64,000 bases of DNA, taken from Verrucomicrobia bacterium UBA3761. GTDB taxonomy: Bacteria > Verrucomicrobiota > Kiritimatiellia > RFP12 > UBA1067. The stretch is from assembly GCA_002371135.1 (NCBI GenBank), contig DFGB01000045.1, positions 5,478 to 69,477 of the forward strand, read 5' to 3'. The position numbers were made by a program, and so were the translations under genes. The notes below the pieces were generated by a model, which saw nothing but the letters and a program-made list of their open reading frames with translations, searched no databases and was not told the DNA's origin. Of this stretch, positions 1-9,079 are shown in pieces. The first letter of the stretch is position 1. Each line of letters begins with the position of its first letter.

Positions 1-3000
1 TGGGCGTCTTGGCCTTTACAACACGGCCGCCGGCGAGGGTCTCGCCGGTGTGGAAATCGCGCCAGTCGCCAGCAGGGAGCCAGACATCCATCTCTTCGAC
101 GTCGGCCGTCACAGGGCATACGAGAAGATCCGGTCCGAACATGTATTCAGTCTCGAAACCCTTCGGCGCGTCGTAGAGCGGACGCATCATCATCGCGTTG
201 TTCTCGACGACATCTTTCGCAACGCGGAGGATGTACGGCCTGAGCCTCTCGCGCAGGCGGATCTGATCGTTGAGCAGGCGTTCTGTTTCTTCGCCGTAGC
301 GCGAGGGCGTTGTATCGCTGACGAAGCCGTGGACGCGCTGGACGGGGCAGAACGTCGCGAACTGCATCCAACGCACGAGGCGCTTCTTGTAATCGCGGTT
401 CACATACTGGTCGGCAGGGCGGAAGAACCCACCGGCGTCGCTCGTCCAGTATGGGAAGCCGGCCGAAGCGAAGCCGAGCCCCGCGACGATCTGGTTGCGA
501 AGGTCGGACCACTTGTTGCCGACGTCGCCGCTCCACATGACGCACGACGTCCGCGTCTGGCCGGGGAAGGCGCAGCGCGTCAGGACGAGCGGAGTCTCGC
601 CGGGGCGAAGAGCGCGCATGCGGCGGTCCGCCTCCGTATTGACGAGCAGCGGGTAGATGTTGCGATACATGTCGCCCGAGCCCATCGCGAGCGTGCGACC
701 GTGGAGGGCATCGTTCTCCGGCTCGACCGCATCGAGCCACCACGCGTCGACGCCGGTCGAGACGAGGCGCTCCGCGAACCACTTCCAGTATAGATCCGCC
801 ACCGGCTTGTTCGAGAAATCGATCCACGGCGTGCCGGGGATGAAACCCTTTGCATCGTCAAGGGCGCGACGGAACGCGGAATCGCCCTCCGCCTTGGACC
901 AGACGCTGAGCATCACGCGCACGCCTCTCTCGTGGCATTCATCGACCATAGCCTTCGGGTCGGGGAAACGCCTCGGATCCCACTCCATCGAATTCCACGT
1001 GCCGTCGCGCCACCACTGCCAATCCTGCACGATGACGGAAAGAGGGAGGTCGCGGTCCTTGAAGTATCGCATCGCCTTGACGAGGTCGTTCTGCGTGACG
1101 AAGCGCTCCTGGCAATGCCAATAACCCCATGCCCAATCCGGCAACGCGGCGGTGCCGCCGCAGTCCGCGCGGAAATGGGCGACGGCCTCCTCGGGCCGTC
1201 CGGCATAGACGACGTAGTCGGTGCCGCCGGCGACGTCCGAGCGGAACGTCGTTTCGCAGCGGTCGGGGCGGAATGCAAGCGAAACGCGGTCGCCGGAGTC
1301 GGCGACGACGCGCACCTTGTGCGAACCGGCCTTGAGCGCGAGGCGGAAGCCGACCGCCGGCGGCAACCACACGTTCTCGTTGTTTACGACCGCGGCGCCG
1401 TCGATCTCGACATGCTGCATACGCGCCATGTCGCGGCCGCAGTCGAGCATGAACGCGTATTCGCCATCGCCTTCGACGGCGAACTCCCCTTCGAGCGCGA
1501 CACCCCTGCGCCTCTCCTTCGCGCCGCCGCTAGCCGTCGTCACCTCGACTTCACTCGCGGCGCCGTCGCCCGTCTTGCGAAGCTCGACAAAGTCGGTGCA
1601 TTCGTTGAACTCGATCTTGGAATAGTTGTGCCAGTAAAGCCCCCAGCCGCGCGTCGAAACGAGGAACGGCGCCGCAATCTGGGTATTCACCTGCACGAGG
1701 CGGCGCGGAAGATTCCTGACGTCAAGCTGGCCGTCCTGGAACTGGCCGAGCCCGAAAAGCCTCTCGCCCTGCGGCGAATCGAACGCGATCTCCTTGTCGC
1801 CGACGCGGCGCTCGGAGAGAATCGCCTTGCCGGAGACGTCTTCGAACCGCACGAGCCCGGACGCATGCGACACGACGGCGCAAAGTCCGCCGGACTTGAC
1901 GCGGGTAAAATCCCGCCCGCGCTCGACCTCGACCTGCGCCGCGCGGCCTGCGTCGAACACAAGCTCCGGCGAAACCGGCTCCCCGCGCGTCACGCGCAGT
2001 CCGCCCTCCGAGAACGACGACACCTTCACGTCGCCGCGCGCCGTCGCAATCGTCGCGGCCGCGCGGCCGCTGCAAATTGCAACCCTCCCGGGCGGCAAGT
2101 CGTATTCCGCAAGGACGCCGTTCAATTCGATTTTCAGTTTCCCGCCGCCCGTCGAACAGACCGTACAGTCTGTCACAATGCCGTCCTTCCACGCGAAATC
2201 GACCGTCCAGCCGCCGCGTGCGCGGAGGCCCTTCACAGCGCCGTCCGGCCAAGCCTTCGGGAGTGCGGGCAAGATGTCGACAAAGCCGCGGTGGCTCTGC
2301 AAAAGCATCTCGGCGATACCGGCCGTGCAGCCGAAGTTCCCGTCGATCTGGAATGGCGGATGCGCATCAAAAAGATTCGGATACGTCCCGCCGCCGCCGT
2401 GGTTGCGTCCGAGCGGAGAGAGCTGGTTCTGGATCAATTTGAACGCATGGTCGCCGTCGAGAAGCCGCGCCCACAGGCAGACGCGCCAACCCATCGCCCA
2501 GCCGGTCGAAATGTCACCACGCTTTTCAAGCGAAACGCGCGCGGCCTTGAAGAGCTCCGGCGTCTCGGGCGTGATCTGTGCGGAGGGATACAAGGCATAG
2601 AGGTGCGAGACGTGGCGGTGATGGTCGCCCTGTTCGTCAAGGTCGGCGCCCCACTCCTGCAACTGCCCCCACCTGCCGATGCGGTCGGGCTCTAGTTGCT
2701 CCAGGCGCTTCTCAAGCCGTGCGGCGAAATCTGCGTCGCGGCCGAGTTCCTGCGCGGCGGCGATCGCATTGCGCCACACGTCGCGAGCGAGCTGGTGGTC
2801 CATCATGCAGACAGGGTCGAAGCCGTTGGGGCGCCCCCGCACGATGTTCTCCGGCGAATTTGACGGGATGAACGCGAGGCGGCCCGTCTGCGGATTCTCT
2901 ATGGCGAAGGAGTCGTAGAACTCCGCCGCGCCCTTGAGAACGTCATAATGCTCCTCCAGGAATTTCCTGTCGCGCGTGTAGAGCCAATGCTCCCAGACGT

Positions 3001-4368
3001 GCGTCGAAAGCCAAGCGCCGCCGGACGGCCACCAGCCGCATGCAAGATACGTATCGACAGGCCCGGCGACGCGCCAGATGTCCGTGTTGTGGTGCGTCGT
3101 CCAGCCCTTCGCGCCATACATCTCTTTCGCGGCCTTGGCGCCGGTGACGGAAAGCTCGCGTATCATCTTGAAAAGCGGCGCGGCGAGTTCGCCGAGGTTC
3201 GTCGCCTCGGCCGGCCAGTAGTTCATCTCGGTGTTGATGTTCACAGTATACTTCGAGCCCCACGGCGGCTTGAGGCTGTTGTTCCAAAGCCCTTGAAGAT
3301 TCGCCGGCTGGCTTCCGGGCTGCGAGGACGAGATGAGTAGATAGCGTCCGTAGCGGAAGTACAGCGCGGCGAAATACGGGTCGTCCGACGCGGCGAAATC
3401 TGCGAGCCGCGCGTCGGTCGTCTTGTCGGGGAACTTGTCCGGACCGAGGTCGAGCGTGCAGCGATCGGCCTGGGCGCGATACGCCTTGCGGTGGGCGGCG
3501 AAAAGTTTATCGTGTCCGGCGGACGCGAGTTCGGCGAGCCGCGCATGCGCAACGGCGTCCGCGTCGCCGGAGATGTCATCGTAGCGTTTGAAATTCGTGC
3601 CGATCGCGACATAGACCGTCGCCGAGCTCGCATCCTTTACGCGCAGCGCCTCGCCTTCAGCCGAGACAACGCCGTCGCACTCCGCAATCTTGACGAGCAC
3701 CGTGTAGCGCACCTTGCCCGGCACGCCATCCTTGTCCGACGTGACGCCGCGCAAGACGAGCACGCCATCCTCGACCGATATCTCCGCATTGCCGTGCGCG
3801 CGCTCAAGCGATGCGCTGAACGCAAGCGCGCCGCCCTTCCCGTTCTCCGTGCCGAGCACATAGACGAAGCCCCCCTTGCCGAGCGGCGTGAAGGCGACGC
3901 GGGAATGCCGGACGCCATCCGCGCTGAATTCCACGCGGGCGAACGCGTCGTCGAGCGAAAGCGCGCGGCGGTAGTCCTCGACCTTGCCGTCGACACCTTC
4001 GAAATCCAGCTTGAGCGAACCGGGGTATTGATAGTTCATCCCGTGGTTGCGCGCGCCGGGGATGCGCCCGGGATTGGCGACATTCCAGTCGCCTGCGAGG
4101 ATCGCCTTTCTGATATCTGCAAGATGCGCCTTGAAATCTGGATTGACGTTCGAATTCGGCGAACCGCTCCAGACTGTGTCTTCATTGAGGTCCACCCTCT
4201 CGTGTTCCGCGCCGCCCCACACCATCGCGCCGACCGAACCCGAACCCAGCGCAAGCGCCTCCTCCCAGACCGACGCGCTCCTCGAATATTTCAATTCATA
4301 TCCCGCCGCGCCGGATGCCATCGCCGCCGCCCAGCACGCCGCGCACAAAATCGCACCTGCGTTTTTCA
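1..4368 (-). CDS. Multidomain glycoside hydrolase: N-terminal GH95 (alpha-L-fucosidase family) fused in-frame to C-terminal GH31 (alpha-xylosidase/alpha-glucosidase family). The 3' end lies beyond the window; at least 1455 aa are present.
   Basis: I translated the minus strand by hand from ATG 4368..4366 (RBS AAGGAG 7 nt upstream) with no stop to position 1; several stretches including the domain junction near 1981-2280 were re-read base by base. The N-terminus is a signal peptide followed by GH95 motifs (EALALGSGSVGAMVWGG..ERVDLNEDTVWSG; HRHVSHLYALYP; YPNLFDAHPPFQIDGNFGCTAGIAEMLLQS). After about 780 aa come GH31 motifs (VIVQDWQWW..WDPRRFPDP; WWLDAVEPE; WSGDVGNKWSDLRNQI). The ORF track omitted it because it runs off the window edge. 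Confidence 0.8.
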
Positions 4369-4439
4369 TCTTGCCAGTCTCCTTGATTGGATATTCCACG
4401 TATATTCTACCAAATTCCTTCCGCCTTGTCATATACCCG

Positions 4440-4680
4440 AAAGGGTGAAGAGGCCGCGCACGGGAGGACCGCGCTCATGCGCGGCCGAGGCAGGGAGCAA
4501 GAGATACGCTTGGCGCACAAGGAGGCGCGGCTTCAGCCGCGCAAAAACCAAAAGACGGTGCGCGGCTGAAGCCGCGCACCCCTGCTAGGGCATCCGCTTC
4601 GCGGACAGCCTTCGGCTGGGGGATATTCCTTGGCGTTAGTGGCCGCGGCTGACTGCCAACTGCCAACTGCTAACTTCCCA
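4440..4680. repeat. REP/BIME-like repeat cluster 1. It holds hairpins GCGCGGCT-TCA-AGCCGCGC at 4526..4543 and 4561..4578, one ~55-bp conserved unit B in reverse orientation at 4579..4636, and a CCAACTG tandem at 4655..4676.
   Basis: The sequence matches clusters at 11350, 20440 and 55790; the stem is a perfect 8-bp inverted repeat with a 3-nt loop, flanked by CAAGGAGG. Confidence 0.8.
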
Positions 4681-5239
4681 TAAACTCTTCCATCGTCTCG
4701 GAGGTGGAGGAATCGATGCCGGAGCGGCGGAAGACCTTGGCGACGGTGAGGAAGAGGATTTTCATGTCGAGGGCGAAAGAGCGGTGGTCGACATACCAGA
4801 CGTCGAGCGCGAATTTTTCGTTCCAGGAAATCGCATTGCGGCCGTTCACCTGCGCCCATCCGGTGATGCCGGGGCGGACTTCGTGGCGGCGCATCTGCTC
4901 CTTTGAATAGCGCGGCAGGTACCGGACCGGCAACGGACGCGGCCCGACGAGCGACATGGTGCCTGCGAGGACGTGGAAAAGCTGAGGGAGTTCGTCGAGC
5001 GACGTCGTGCGCAGGAAACGCCCGAAGCGCGTGAGACGTTCGGCGTCAGAGCCGCACCCCTCGCGCATCGTGCGCAGCTTCATTATCGAAAACGTCCGGC
5101 CGCCCTTTCCGGCGCGCTCCTGGCGGAACATGACGGGGCGGCCCATCGTCAGCCGCACCCCGAGCGCGCAGACGGCGAGCGCCGCCAGCCACAACGGCGA
5201 CGCGGCGATGACAAGCAGAATATCGACGAGGCGCTTCAT
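4670..5239 (-). CDS. Sugar phosphotransferase of the bacterial sugar transferase family (WbaP/PglC C-terminal-domain-like)
   Basis: 189 aa with an N-terminal TM segment; the motifs RPLPVRYLP..MRRHEVRPGITGWAQVNGR are typical of PF02397. Confidence 0.8.
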   Translation of the reverse strand: MKRLVDILLVIAASPLWLAALAVCALGVRLTMGRPVMFRQERAGKGGRTFSIMKLRTMREGCGSDAERLTRFGRFLRTTSLDELPQLFHVLAGTMSLVGPRPLPVRYLPRYSKEQMRRHEVRPGITGWAQVNGRNAISWNEKFALDVWYVDHRSFALDMKILFLTVAKVFRRSGIDSSTSETMEEFMGS

Positions 5240-5245
5240 CCGGGG

Positions 5246-6667
5246 CTAGCGGACTATCGCCTTGCGCGCTTCGGCCAAGTCTGCAAATTCCCCGCCGGCG
5301 ATCATCTGGACGATGAGGTTGCCGATCGCCGTGCCTTCGATAGGGCCTGTGAAGACTTCGAGCCCGGTCGCGGTGGCGGTGAGGGAGTTGAGATATTTAT
5401 CCTGGCAGCCGCCGCCGACGATATTGATCGAGGTGTACGTCTTGCCGGTTATCGCGGAAAGCGTGGCAATGGCGCGGGCGTAGCAGTCGGCAAGCGAAAT
5501 ATAGACGCACTGCATGAGTTCGCCGATCGTGGCGGGCGCCTTGGCGCCGGCGTCCTCCGCCGCCTGCATCACTTCGCCGATCATCGAAGACGGGTTGAGG
5601 AAGCGCTGGTCGTTGACGTCGACGACGACGTTGTACGGATTGCCGCGCGCGACCATGGAAAGGTCGGTGAACGAATATTGGCGGCCCTTTTCGTAGTCGG
5701 AGAGGCGCGCAAGCGCCTCGGCGGTCGCATCGCCAAGTTTGCCCTCCACGTAGCTGACCCCGTTCAACTCGCGGCGGATGGACTGGATCATCCAAAGCCC
5801 CATGATGTTCTTCAAATAGCGGTAGCGTCCCCACGCGCCGCCTTCGTTCGTGAAGTTCGCGGCGGCGGATTCCGCCGTGGTGATGGCCTCCATGTTCTCG
5901 ACGCCGAGGAGCGACCACGTGCCGCTCGAAAGGTAGACCGCCTTGTCGTCGCGGGCGGGGACGGCGAGATAGGCGCTGGCGGTATCGTGCATGGCGGCGA
6001 GCACCACCTTCGCGCCGCGATATTCGCCGGCCGGCGCGCCGGGCATCTCAAGCCGCCCGAATATCCTCTTCGGGAGGCCAAGCTTTTCGATGAGGTCGAA
6101 ATCCCAATCCTTCTTCGCCGCGTCGAGGAGCGACGTCGTCGAGGAATCGGTATACTCGTGGATGATGTTCCCGGTGAGGCGGTAGACGAGATACTCCGGC
6201 ACCATCAAGAGCGAGGCCGCCTTGGCGAGCTGCTCCGGATGCTCCTTCTTGAGCGCCCAGAGCTGGTAGATGGTGTTGAAACTCGTCTTCTGGATGCCTG
6301 CGCGGGAATAGAGCGCCTCGAACGACATCACATCCCGCTCGATCTCCTCGTCGGCGCCGGCCGTGCGCGTGTCGCGATACGCCACCGCATCGGAGCAGAG
6401 CTCGCCCTTCTCGTCGAGGAGCACGAAATCGACTCCCCACGTATCTATGCCGATGGAATCGATTTGCGCCTTCTCCATCGCAGCGTCTATGCCGGCCTTG
6501 ACGCTTGCGACGAGCTTCTCGATGTCCCAGCAGTCGTGGCCGTCCTTGCGAATCTGGGAATTTTCGAAGCGATAGACCTCTTCAAGGGTTATCTTGCCGT
6601 CTTTGACTGTGCCGAGGATGTGGCGGCCGGAACTCGCGCCGATGTCGATTGCAAGGTAGTTTTTCAT
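5246..6667 (-). CDS. rhaB: Rhamnulokinase (FGGY carbohydrate kinase)
   Basis: 473 aa with IDSIGIDTWGVDFVLLD, YLSSGTWSLLG, TNEGGAWGRYRYLKNIMGLWMIQ and IVGGGCQDKYLN, which match RhaB closely. Confidence 0.8.
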   Translation of the reverse strand: MKNYLAIDIGASSGRHILGTVKDGKITLEEVYRFENSQIRKDGHDCWDIEKLVASVKAGIDAAMEKAQIDSIGIDTWGVDFVLLDEKGELCSDAVAYRDTRTAGADEEIERDVMSFEALYSRAGIQKTSFNTIYQLWALKKEHPEQLAKAASLLMVPEYLVYRLTGNIIHEYTDSSTTSLLDAAKKDWDFDLIEKLGLPKRIFGRLEMPGAPAGEYRGAKVVLAAMHDTASAYLAVPARDDKAVYLSSGTWSLLGVENMEAITTAESAAANFTNEGGAWGRYRYLKNIMGLWMIQSIRRELNGVSYVEGKLGDATAEALARLSDYEKGRQYSFTDLSMVARGNPYNVVVDVNDQRFLNPSSMIGEVMQAAEDAGAKAPATIGELMQCVYISLADCYARAIATLSAITGKTYTSINIVGGGCQDKYLNSLTATATGLEVFTGPIEGTAIGNLIVQMIAGGEFADLAEARKAIVR

Positions 6668-6713
6668 AATTGCAGAGTTTTTAGTGTTTAGAGATCGTGG
6701 ATGGCGCTCGGCG

Positions 6714-7571
6714 TCACCAGGCCAGGGCGTCGAGGGCGTCGTTGAGCATGCGGCCGGCGTTTTCCTCGCGCTCTCTCGCGGTGGCCGAACCGGTGACGAC
6801 GACGATGGCGCGGCGGCCGTCGCGCTCGGCGGTGAGGACGATCGACGAACCCCCGGCGTCGATGTAGCCGGTCTTCATGCCGTCGACGCCGTTGATTTTG
6901 ACTTGGGGCTTCCAGAGAAAGTTGTTGTGGTTCTGGAGATTGAGCATCTCGCCGCCGCGGCCGGGGAGCTGGACATTGGCGATTTTCGTGTATTCAAGCA
7001 TCCGGGGCTGGTCGCGGAGTATGGCGAGCGCGAGCTTGGCGAGGTCCTCGGCGGTGGACTTGTCGAAGGCACGATCCGAGCCTCGCGGCGGGGGAAGTCC
7101 GTTGGGAGAAGCGAAACGCGTGTTGCGCATGCCAAGCTTCGCCGCCTCGTCGTTCATCAAGACGACGAAATTCTCCACGCTGCCGGCGACCGCCTCGGCG
7201 ATCATCACGGCGACGTCGTTCGCGCTCTTGACCATGAGCGCCTTGAGGGCGTTGTCGATAGTCATCGTCTCGCCGACTGCGAGGTCGATCTTCGAGGGCT
7301 GCTCCGCAGAGGAACGCTTCGACTGCACGATTGTATCATCGAGCGTGAAGCGTCCTGCCGCGACGGCCTTTAGCAGCAGCCTGGCCGTCATCAACTTCGT
7401 GCACGAGGCGGGGTAGCACTCGCGCGCGGCGTTGTCGGTGAATAGAACCCGCCCGGTGTCGCCGTCGAGCGCAATCGCGCCCACATACGGCGAACGCCTG
7501 TACGGCGACTGGTGCTGCGCGGGCGGCTCCTTCGCCACCCCCAGCATGAATGCAAGTATCAGAGCCAGCAT
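6714..7571 (-). CDS. D-alanyl-D-alanine carboxypeptidase (serine peptidase S11, PBP5/DacA-like)
   Basis: 285 aa with an N-terminal signal-like segment and the motifs SCTK (SxxK), SAN (SxN) and KTG. Confidence 0.8.
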   Translation of the reverse strand: MLALILAFMLGVAKEPPAQHQSPYRRSPYVGAIALDGDTGRVLFTDNAARECYPASCTKLMTARLLLKAVAAGRFTLDDTIVQSKRSSAEQPSKIDLAVGETMTIDNALKALMVKSANDVAVMIAEAVAGSVENFVVLMNDEAAKLGMRNTRFASPNGLPPPRGSDRAFDKSTAEDLAKLALAILRDQPRMLEYTKIANVQLPGRGGEMLNLQNHNNFLWKPQVKINGVDGMKTGYIDAGGSSIVLTAERDGRRAIVVVTGSATAREREENAGRMLNDALDALAW

Positions 7572-7577
7572 CGATTA

Positions 7578-7745
7578 GAGGGGAGAGAAATTTTCGATTT
7601 GCGATTTACGATTTGCGATTTTTATCTCCCTTGAGAGCGCAGAGTTCGCAGAGAATTTTTCGATTTCCGATTAAACCTCTGCGGCCTCTGCGTTCTCTGC
7701 GGGAGATAAAAATGGGAAATCGCAAATCGTAAATCGTAAATCGTA
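7578..7745. repeat. Nested tandem-heptamer palindrome. Outer arms (CGATTTG/CGATTTA)x4 and their complement (CAAATCG/TAAATCG)x4 enclose inner (CGCAGAG)x2 and (CTCTGCG)x3.
   Basis: Read directly from the sequence; the element lies between the stop of gene 7750..8580 and the start of the carboxypeptidase gene. Confidence 0.85.
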
Positions 7746-7749
7746 AATT

Positions 7750-8580
7750 TTATTTCACATAATGCTTTGTCAGTTTGACGAGCGTCTTCCAGAGTTCCTC
7801 CTGGCTCTTGCACGAGCAGATCGCGTCTTGCGCGTCCTTCTTCTGGAAAGCGTTGACGAGGTCTGCGAGAAGGCGCAGGTAAAATGCGGAGACGGCGACC
7901 GGGATCGCGGAGAGGAACACCATGTGCACCTTCTCGCCTTCCCAGTCGATGCCCTCCTTGCTGACGCCGAGCGCGAGGGTGAGCGCGCCGCCTTCGACGC
8001 CGCGGACGTGCGGGAACGCGAGGCCGTTGCCAAGCGCGGTCGAGAGGATGTTCTCGCGGCTGATGGCGCCGGAGACGAGCGTATCGGCGTTGTCGATGAA
8101 GTTGTGCGCCTCCATCGCCGTCGCGAGTTCCTCGATGGCCCCGTCGCGCGTCGACGAAGAGAGCTCGGGGATCATCAATTCCTGCGCGCTGAAGCGGCAG
8201 ATGCCGACGCGGACCTCGTCGCGGTCGGGCTTTTCGGCGATGTTCTTCGGCGTGTCGTCGCCGTCCGCGAACAGGATGCGCCCGCAGCTGGAGCACGTCA
8301 CGAGGTGCTGGCCGAGGCGGACTTGCTGGTCCTGCGCGGTCGGGATCTGCATGCCGCAGACGGAGCAGGCGCCTTTGGTGCGGGCGGCGAGGACTATGTG
8401 GCTCTTCTTGTAGAGCCGCTCGTAGATCGTGGCGACCTGCGGAGAAAGCCGGCTTTTCAGCTTGTCGATCGAGTCGTTCAAGGCGTCGAGATGGCTGCCG
8501 TCGCCTGTCTGGAAATGTTCGTCGCGGATGAGCACCATCTCCTGGAGCTGGCGCATTATGTTGATCTGGCTTTTCATCAT
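7750..8580 (-). CDS. Fusion protein: N-terminal C4 zinc-ribbon (COG1579-like) and C-terminal PTS EIIA type-2 (PtsN / EIIA-Ntr-like) domain
   Basis: 276 aa; CSVCGMQIPTAQDQQVRLGQHLVTCSSCGRILF is the zinc-ribbon signature and ...LGNGLAFPHVRG... is the EIIA-2 active-site His region. An RBS AAGGGA sits 8 nt upstream. Confidence 0.65.
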   Translation of the reverse strand: MMKSQINIMRQLQEMVLIRDEHFQTGDGSHLDALNDSIDKLKSRLSPQVATIYERLYKKSHIVLAARTKGACSVCGMQIPTAQDQQVRLGQHLVTCSSCGRILFADGDDTPKNIAEKPDRDEVRVGICRFSAQELMIPELSSSTRDGAIEELATAMEAHNFIDNADTLVSGAISRENILSTALGNGLAFPHVRGVEGGALTLALGVSKEGIDWEGEKVHMVFLSAIPVAVSAFYLRLLADLVNAFQKKDAQDAICSCKSQEELWKTLVKLTKHYVK

Positions 8581-8608
8581 AGTCGTAATCCCTTGGTTCG
8601 AAAATCAA

Positions 8609-9046
8609 TCATGCCTCCGCCGGAGCGGGGGCTTTTTTGGCTTTTTTCTTCTTCATCGCCTCGGCCGCCTTTTCGAGTTCTCCCTCCAGCGTGAAGGCGC
8701 GGATGCGGTCGATCGTCTCGGCGGAGAGGATGTGCTCCATCGCGCAGGCATCCTTGTCGGCGGCCTTGGGGCCGACTCCCAGCTTGACGAGGAAGGCGCT
8801 GAGGAGTTTGTGCAGGCTGAGGACGTGGCCGGCCACGCGGCGTCCCTTCTCGGTCAGCTGCACGGGCGAATACGGCTCCTGCTTGACGAGGTCGAGCTTC
8901 TTGAGTTCGTGGATCGCCTTGACGACGCTAGGCATCTTGACGTCCAGGCACTTGGCGATATCGCGGACGCACGCCGGGCGGCCGTCCTTGATGATCACGA
9001 AAATAGTTTCGAGGTAGTCCTCGAGGCTTTGCGTCATTCTATCCAT
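8609..9046 (-). CDS. DtxR/MntR-family metal-dependent transcriptional repressor
   Basis: 145 aa with an N-terminal HTH (LEDYLETIFVI..RDIAKCLDVKMPSVVKAIHELKKLDLV) and a dimerisation region. Confidence 0.8.
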   Translation of the reverse strand: MDRMTQSLEDYLETIFVIIKDGRPACVRDIAKCLDVKMPSVVKAIHELKKLDLVKQEPYSPVQLTEKGRRVAGHVLSLHKLLSAFLVKLGVGPKAADKDACAMEHILSAETIDRIRAFTLEGELEKAAEAMKKKKAKKAPAPAEA

Positions 9047-9079
9047 GTCGGTTGAATTTGAAGTCGTATGGGATGGTGT

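Noticed and set aside
50-2695. The plus-strand ORFs 50..793 and 932..2695 and the minus-strand ORFs 147..827, 939..1370 and 1722..2252
   Set aside because: They are Arg/Ala-rich low-complexity translations in alternative frames or antisense to the clean GH95-GH31 reading frame; they have no RBS or motifs.
4973-6691. A 572-aa plus-strand ORF
   Set aside because: It is antisense to rhamnulokinase; its Arg/Gly/Asp-rich composition is typical of GC-rich antisense frames.
7578-7745. A CRISPR array as an interpretation of the tandem repeats
   Set aside because: Each locus has only 3-7 units with no unique spacers between them, the unit is 7-9 nt, an inverted copy follows, and no cas genes are present.
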